Origin: Candidatus Aenigmatarchaeota archaeon
Lineage (GTDB): Archaea > Aenigmatarchaeota > Aenigmatarchaeia > QMZP01 > QMZT01
Assembly: GCA_043808015.1 (NCBI GenBank)
Contig: JAZDFI010000035.1
Span: 1-30,491, forward strand
DNA length: 30,491 bases
Reading direction: 5' to 3'
The position numbers and the translations under genes were made by a program. Below are positions 25,321-30,491 of this stretch, piece by piece. Below the pieces are notes generated by a model. The model worked only from the letters and a program-made list of their open reading frames with translations, was not told the DNA's origin and did not search any database. Positions within the stretch are counted from its first letter, which is position 1, and each line of letters opens with the position of its first letter.

Positions 25321-26523
25321 ATGACTTCTCCGGCCAGGCTATGCATAGTGTGCAAAGGCTCTCGCAATTTATGCGGCTGGCGCACGTGCCCGCTGTATTC
25401 CAAGATTAAACTCGCTCCTCAAATACAGTCCTCGCTCAAGAAGGACTTCTTCGGCCCGAGCACCAGCGTCTTTGTCGGCCACAACTTCTACCCGGACGTG
25501 TACGTGGGACCGATGGCCGCGTTAGATGCGAGCAAGGCCGAGATCGCCGATGCGCCTCAAAGCTGGTTCGGCATGCCTTATGGCGACATCCTGCAATTTC
25601 GTTCCCTCCTCCTCCGTTCACAGTTCAGGGAGAACGTCTTCTCACGCTCGCGTTTCATAGAGCAGAGCCAGGAGCTCGCTCTCGCCTCGAAGCCTACCGA
25701 TGTCGAAATACTGTTCAAGAACGTGCCCAAGATGTCGCTCGAGTTTTCCGATATCAGCCATCCCATGGGCCCGTCGGGAGCGATAGACAAGTTCAAGGTC
25801 GTCGGCAACCCAAAGGTGCCGCAGAAAGTCGAAAAGATAGTCAATGATGAAATGCGAACGATTGACGCCAGCTATGCGCTTTACACGCATGGCACGGACA
25901 TATACAAGCTCATCACCATCCTTTCGTCGGGCATCTTCGGAATGCGCGACCGCCGAAAGCTGGTCCCGACGCGCTGGAGCATAACCGCGACGCATACGAT
26001 GCTCGCCAACCAGCTCATCAGCAACATCAAGGACTATCCATCGATAAACGATTACCGGGTCTATGCCAGCGAATACCTTGACAACCACTACCAAATCCTG
26101 CTCATGCCCGGCAACTGGGAATACGAGAACTTCGAATGCTGGTCTCCGGGAGCATACTGGGCGCAGTCGCTTAAGGCGCCAGAGATAACGGAAGAATACG
26201 AACCCTTCGCCGGCCGGAAAACGTATGCCAGCGAACAGGGCGGCGGTTTCTATGCGAACCGCCTGGGCCTGGCAGAAGGCCTGGAAGCGATGCGCAAACA
26301 GGCGCGCTGCGTCATCTTCCGAGAAATCCACGAAGGCTATACAATCCCCGTCGGAGTCTGGCAGTGCCTGGAAAACACGAGAAACGCGCTCCGCCAGCAG
26401 CCGGCGAAGTTCGCCACGCTCCGCGAGGCGCTGGCCCACATCGGCCCGCGGCTGCGCACGCCGATAGGCGAATACATGAAGAAGAGCGTCATCCTCAAAC
26501 AGCGCCGCCTGGGGGATTTCTGA
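25321..26523 (+). CDS. nreA: Nre family DNA repair protein with a C-terminal PCNA-binding PIP box
   Basis: CIVCKG..LCG...CP cluster, RKLVPTRWSITA, PVGVWQ, terminal QRRLGDF. TATA CTTATAAT about 23 nt upstream supports ATG 25321. Confidence 0.92.
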   Translation: MTSPARLCIVCKGSRNLCGWRTCPLYSKIKLAPQIQSSLKKDFFGPSTSVFVGHNFYPDVYVGPMAALDASKAEIADAPQSWFGMPYGDILQFRSLLLRSQFRENVFSRSRFIEQSQELALASKPTDVEILFKNVPKMSLEFSDISHPMGPSGAIDKFKVVGNPKVPQKVEKIVNDEMRTIDASYALYTHGTDIYKLITILSSGIFGMRDRRKLVPTRWSITATHTMLANQLISNIKDYPSINDYRVYASEYLDNHYQILLMPGNWEYENFECWSPGAYWAQSLKAPEITEEYEPFAGRKTYASEQGGGFYANRLGLAEGLEAMRKQARCVIFREIHEGYTIPVGVWQCLENTRNALRQQPAKFATLREALAHIGPRLRTPIGEYMKKSVILKQRRLGDF

Positions 26524-26528
26524 TTTTC

Positions 26529-27224
26529 ATGAGAAAGGAAAATGACAGGCAGAAGATGCGTATCGTTCTCAGCTATCTTAACAAAAAATACGGCAACCAC
26601 GTCGATGGTTCAATCCTGAAGAAACGCAGCGATTTATTTCGGCTGCTCATATCGACCGTGCTCTCGCAGCGCGCCCTCGACGAAACGACGGAAGTCGTGA
26701 GCGAGCGGCTTTTCTCGAAAGTCAGAATGCCTTCGGACATACTTAAAATGAAGCGCTCCGCGCTCGAGCAAACAATCAGGCAATCCGGCCCATTCAGACA
26801 GAAAGCGAAGAAGATAATCGCTATTTCCAGAACTCTGGAAAAGGACTACAGTAATTCCTTCCCGCGCACGCGCGAGGAGCTGATGGCGCTTTACGGCGTG
26901 GGGCCGAAGACCGCGGATATCGTGCTTTCGTACGGATACGGCATTCCTGTGATTGCGGTCGACGTGCACGTCGACGTGGTCTCGAAGCGCCTCGGCTTCG
27001 CGAGGGAAAAAGCGAAGTATGAAGAAATCCGCTCGTCGCTGGAGCGCCTAGTGCCCGAGAGCGGGCGGTACATCGTGAACCTCGGGCTCGTCAGCTTCGG
27101 CAAGGAAATATGCGTCACGCGAAAGCCAAAATGTGAAATATGCGGGCTGAAAAAGATTTGCGCCTATTATAATTCCAATAAGATAAGAATTTCAAAACCA
27201 AAACAAAACCAAAACAAAAAATAA
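26529..27224 (+). CDS. nth: Endonuclease III (HhH-GPD, 4Fe-4S)
   Basis: LISTVLSQR, LYGVGPKTA, AVDVHV, CVTRKPKCEICGLKKIC. Start at 26529 or slightly later. Confidence 0.95.
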   Translation: MRKENDRQKMRIVLSYLNKKYGNHVDGSILKKRSDLFRLLISTVLSQRALDETTEVVSERLFSKVRMPSDILKMKRSALEQTIRQSGPFRQKAKKIIAISRTLEKDYSNSFPRTREELMALYGVGPKTADIVLSYGYGIPVIAVDVHVDVVSKRLGFAREKAKYEEIRSSLERLVPESGRYIVNLGLVSFGKEICVTRKPKCEICGLKKICAYYNSNKIRISKPKQNQNKK

Positions 27225-27235
27225 CAGGTGAACGC

Positions 27236-27916
27236 ATGGCGCCAATCAGGAAAAAATACGAGTTTTTCGAAACGCTCACTTTCGCCATCATAATGGTGAA
27301 TGTAGCGGTATGGTTCGCGCAGCTGGCAGTCTACCCCGTCCTTGAGGACACGCTGGCGCTCGACCCGGCGACTCTCGATGCGAATCACGCATACCAGTTC
27401 GTCACTTACATGTTCCTGCACGCCACTTTTGCCAAAACAACCAGCGGCATAACGATCTACCCGGCCCACCTGATGATGAACATGTTTGTACTAGCGATAT
27501 TCGGCTTCCAGCTGGAGCAGGGGCTCGGCAGGAAAAAGTTCACCGCGCTTTACCTCCTGTCCGGCATAGGTTCGGCCCTTTTTTACGCTTATCTCATGCC
27601 GCTTTTCATGCCGGGCGGGACGGCGTCGCTGATAGGCGCGTCTGGAGCGGTGTTCGGCGTCATAGCCGCATACGCTTTCAAGTATCCCAGGTCATGGGTC
27701 TATATCTTCGGCTTCTTCCCCATGCCAGCCGCCATCCTGCTGGTCTTCCTGATAATCGAGGAAACGTTCCTCGGCGTCATGGGACTGCAGCCTGGGGTGG
27801 CGAATTTCGGCCACGTCGGAGGCATCATCACGGGCCTGCTCATAATGGCCGTGTGGAAGCTAGCGCAACGCGAGAAAAAGTTCGGCGAGACGGGCTTCGA
27901 ATACGTCTGGGAATAG
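27236..27916 (+). CDS. Rhomboid family intramembrane serine protease
   Basis: TYMFLH, HLMMNM, GASGAVFG (catalytic Ser), GHVGG (catalytic His). Confidence 0.95.
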   Translation: MAPIRKKYEFFETLTFAIIMVNVAVWFAQLAVYPVLEDTLALDPATLDANHAYQFVTYMFLHATFAKTTSGITIYPAHLMMNMFVLAIFGFQLEQGLGRKKFTALYLLSGIGSALFYAYLMPLFMPGGTASLIGASGAVFGVIAAYAFKYPRSWVYIFGFFPMPAAILLVFLIIEETFLGVMGLQPGVANFGHVGGIITGLLIMAVWKLAQREKKFGETGFEYVWE

Positions 27917-27953
27917 TCTGCGGATTAATAAGGCGAAAACCGAAAACTATACC

Positions 27954-28652
27954 ATGAAAAAAACATTTGCCGTTCTGGCAATGCTTTTAGTCGCAACGGT
28001 TCTGGCCAGCGGCTGCACGCAGCAGCCCGCAGCACCTGCAACCGGCGGAGGAGACCAGAATACTAATCAGCCGCCTCAGAACATTTTCCAGCAGCCGGTC
28101 ACGCAGCCGGGGTCCTGGGCCAAGGTCGCCCTGACCACGACAAGCGCCAGGCCGGTCGAGTTCACCTACAAATACGTCGAGAAAACCCTTGGCGCCGTGG
28201 TGTACACGGGCATGGAGACCGAGACGGTTTCCGGCTCGTCGCTGGTCATGTGGGAGAAAGGCAAGGATGCCAACACACCCGGGACGAAGATGTACTCCCT
28301 CAGCAAGTTCGGCCAGATAACTCTCTGCAACTCCCTGACAACCGCGCCTAACAACTTACCGGTCACGTCAGACCCGTACGAGAAGCCGACTACCGGCGTA
28401 ACGCAACTGGGCACGGGCACGTACACGACCCCGACAGGCAAGTCGGTGGCAGTCACCAAATACAGGACCGCCATCGGTGGCATAACAGGAGAATACTGGT
28501 ACAGCGGCCAGGTGCCTTTCGTGCTTGTCTGGAGCGAGACGAACATGACAGTTGCCGGCAAGGACGTTACGTCCAAGATGGAGCTGCAGGACTTCGGCAC
28601 GAGCGGTGCGATATCAGCATTCACGGACAAAAACTTCGAGAATTGCGAGTAA
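27954..28652 (+). CDS. Putative lipoprotein, Thr-rich, beta-rich
   Basis: MKK + hydrophobic + LASGC lipobox-like signal, Q/P/T linker, C-terminal YWYSGQVPFVLV segment. Confidence 0.8.
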   Translation: MKKTFAVLAMLLVATVLASGCTQQPAAPATGGGDQNTNQPPQNIFQQPVTQPGSWAKVALTTTSARPVEFTYKYVEKTLGAVVYTGMETETVSGSSLVMWEKGKDANTPGTKMYSLSKFGQITLCNSLTTAPNNLPVTSDPYEKPTTGVTQLGTGTYTTPTGKSVAVTKYRTAIGGITGEYWYSGQVPFVLVWSETNMTVAGKDVTSKMELQDFGTSGAISAFTDKNFENCE

Positions 28653-28723
28653 GCCTTTTGCAAAAAGGCGTAAAGCGAAATGACGCATACGCAGTATGCG
28701 TCCATCGAAGTTTGCGAAAAACT
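28653..28723. repeat. Cluster of three short hairpins, two with GCA loops
   Basis: GCCTTTT-GCA-AAAAGGC (28653-28669), GACGCATAC-GCA-GTATGCGTC (28682-28702), AGTTT-GCGAA-AAACT (28709-28723). Confidence 0.8.
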
Positions 28724-28823
28724 ACTTTTAACTTTTTAATTTTGCCAGCCTAATATATTTAATACAGAGACGGTTATTACAGATATTCCAGTTATGGTTT
28801 AATGGTTTATTGGCGGTGATGTT

Positions 28824-30026
28824 ATGAAAAAGATTGTTCCGGCAGAGAGGGCAAGCAAGGTCTCGTATGCGATACGCGACGTCGTGGTCGAGGCGAACAA
28901 GCTCAAGGCGCAGGGCAAGAAGATACTTCATCTCAACATAGGCGATCCCAACGTCTACGATTTCGTAACGCCGGCGCATCTCATCGAAGCAGTTTATACG
29001 GCGATGAAAAAGAACCTCAACAATTACGCCGATTCTGCGGGCATCGAGGAGGCGAGGGACGCGATCGTCAAAGAAGCGGCCAGGGACGGCATAAAAGGCG
29101 TGACGAAGAACGACGTGCTCATCTCGGCCGGCGTGAGCGAGGGAATCGAAATGGCAATGAACGCGCTGCTCAACCCCGGCGAGAACGTGCTCACCCCAAT
29201 CCCCGGATATCCCGTTTATTCTGCAATTGTCAACAAGATAGGCGCCGTGCACAACCGCTACAACTGCGTCGAAGAGGAAGGCTGGCAGCCGGACGTGGAC
29301 GACATCCGAAAGCGCATCAACTCTAAAACGAAAGGCATAATACTCATCAACCCGAACAACCCCACGGGCGCGCTCTACCCGAAGAAGATATTGCAGGAAA
29401 TAATCGACATCGCGCGCGAGCACAGCCTGCTCATTTTCTCGGACGAGATTTACAGCAAGATACTGCTCGACGACGACAGTCACGTCTCGACAGCCTCGCT
29501 GGCGAATGACATACCGATTCTTACGTTCAACGGGCTCTCGAAGAACTACATCGTGCCCGGATGGAGGGTCGGCTGGATGATATTCAGCGGGCCGGCAGAA
29601 CTGCGCGCGGATTTCCAGGAGACCGTTGGCAAGCTCGCGAGATCGAGACTCTCCGCGCCGGGCCCGTTCCAGTATGCGATCAAGCCCGCGCTGGAAGGAC
29701 CGCAGGACCACATCCCCGAAATGAACAGGAAGTTGAAACAGCGACGCGACCTGATATACAAACGCTTCAACGAAATCGACGGGTTCTCCTGCGCGAAGCC
29801 GAAAGGCGCTTTCTACGCGTTCCCGAAAATCGAGCTCGACGTCAAAGACGACAAGGAGTTCATCATGGACGTCCTGTACAAAAAACACATTCTCGCGGTC
29901 TTCGGTTCAGGCTTCGGCTATCCAAAGCCGGACCATTTCCGCATCGTGTTCCTCCCGCCCATGAACGTGCTCGAGGAATCGCTGAACAAGCTGGAAGAAT
30001 ACGTGAAGGAAAACTACAAAAAGTAA
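28824..30026 (+). CDS. PLP-dependent aminotransferase class I/II (alanine aminotransferase-like)
   Basis: YAIRD, LNIGDP, INPNNPTG, SDEIY, NGLSKNY..PGWRVGW, HFRIVFLP; RBS GGTGA. Confidence 0.93.
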   Translation: MKKIVPAERASKVSYAIRDVVVEANKLKAQGKKILHLNIGDPNVYDFVTPAHLIEAVYTAMKKNLNNYADSAGIEEARDAIVKEAARDGIKGVTKNDVLISAGVSEGIEMAMNALLNPGENVLTPIPGYPVYSAIVNKIGAVHNRYNCVEEEGWQPDVDDIRKRINSKTKGIILINPNNPTGALYPKKILQEIIDIAREHSLLIFSDEIYSKILLDDDSHVSTASLANDIPILTFNGLSKNYIVPGWRVGWMIFSGPAELRADFQETVGKLARSRLSAPGPFQYAIKPALEGPQDHIPEMNRKLKQRRDLIYKRFNEIDGFSCAKPKGAFYAFPKIELDVKDDKEFIMDVLYKKHILAVFGSGFGYPKPDHFRIVFLPPMNVLEESLNKLEEYVKENYKK

Positions 30027-30070
30027 AAATTAAAAATAAAGAAAAGGGGCAAAGCTGTTTCTGTCCAGCG
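30027..30070 (-). terminator. Probable rps15 terminator (small hairpin + T-rich tract)
   Basis: Minus strand GCTG-N8-CAGC followed by TTTGCCCCTTTTCTTTATTTTTAATTT. Confidence 0.55.
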
Positions 30071-30073
30071 TGT

Positions 30074-30491
30074 TTATCGTATCAGAAGCTTTGCCTGCTC
30101 CGAATTGTATTTCCAAGTCTTTGCCAGAATGCCTTTCTTCCTGTAATACTTTGCAAGGCGCCTGATTTTCGACTCGGCCAGTTCGAGACCCCTGTAAGAC
30201 TGGTAGTCCTTCCTGTTGCGCTCCAGGTGGACGCGGAGTTCGACGACCCTCTTCATGAGGTTCAGGATGTCTTCCGGAAGCTTGGGGTAGACCTTGTTTT
30301 CCTTCAGTATCTGGCTGATGGTTTTCTTCGTGACCGCTTTTACCGATGGTATGCCATACTGGTCGCGCAGCATCAGGCCTATGTGCGCGCTCGTCGTGCC
30401 CTGCTTCGCGTACTTTATGATAAGGTCCTCGATTTCCTTGGGTTTGTAGTCGACCCAGTTGGCCGCTTTCTTTTCGTTCTCATTCGTCTCT
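30074..30491 (-). CDS. rps15: 30S ribosomal protein S15 (uS15/S13e type), 5' end outside window
   Basis: Frame open to the window edge: NWVDYKPKEIEDLI...IGLMLRDQYGIP, LPEDILNL, ESKIRRLAKYY. Confidence 0.96.
   Translation of the reverse strand, partial: ETNENEKKAANWVDYKPKEIEDLIIKYAKQGTTSAHIGLMLRDQYGIPSVKAVTKKTISQILKENKVYPKLPEDILNLMKRVVELRVHLERNRKDYQSYRGLELAESKIRRLAKYYRKKGILAKTWKYNSEQAKLLIR

Noticed and set aside
26364-26528. N-terminal extension of Nth in the ORF track
   Set aside because: It overlaps the conserved C-terminus of nre; ATG 26529 follows the nre stop by 5 nt.
30440-30491. Atypical acidic N-terminal segment of S15 (ETNENEKK)
   Set aside because: The gene start lies outside the window, so loss of the usual basic N-terminus cannot be judged.

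Overview
Archaeal chromosomal window of mostly housekeeping genes. The gene set and style suggest a DPANN archaeon, possibly Aenigmarchaeota-like (inference). It contains aMBF1, an EamA transporter, YjbQ, an M20 amidohydrolase, a metallophosphoesterase, HisS, the PINA ATPase, SRP54, a compact rpoE1-spt4-rps24e-rps27e-aIF2alpha operon, a complete A-type ATP synthase operon (H-I-K-E-C-F-A-B-D), a Nre-Nth repair pair, a rhomboid protease, a lipoprotein, an aminotransferase and a partial rps15. I saw no tRNA, rRNA, CRISPR array, transposase or intein. The most interesting parts are as follows. (1) A 1213-aa secreted Cys-rich mosaic protein has three CTDSD...CPNGCxDGAC modules ending in a near-identical 26-32 bp DNA repeat; one module sits inside another domain, and the protein also has a beta-defensin-like motif and a possible membrane partner downstream. 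(2) A 51-aa basic half-SWIB-like gene missed by the ORF track has its own promoter, RBS and terminator. (3) The atpF start codon is one base out of frame. (4) There is a cluster of GCA-triloop hairpins and a 3 x 11-bp repeat beside the PINA promoter. All family calls come from motif recognition by eye, not from database searches.
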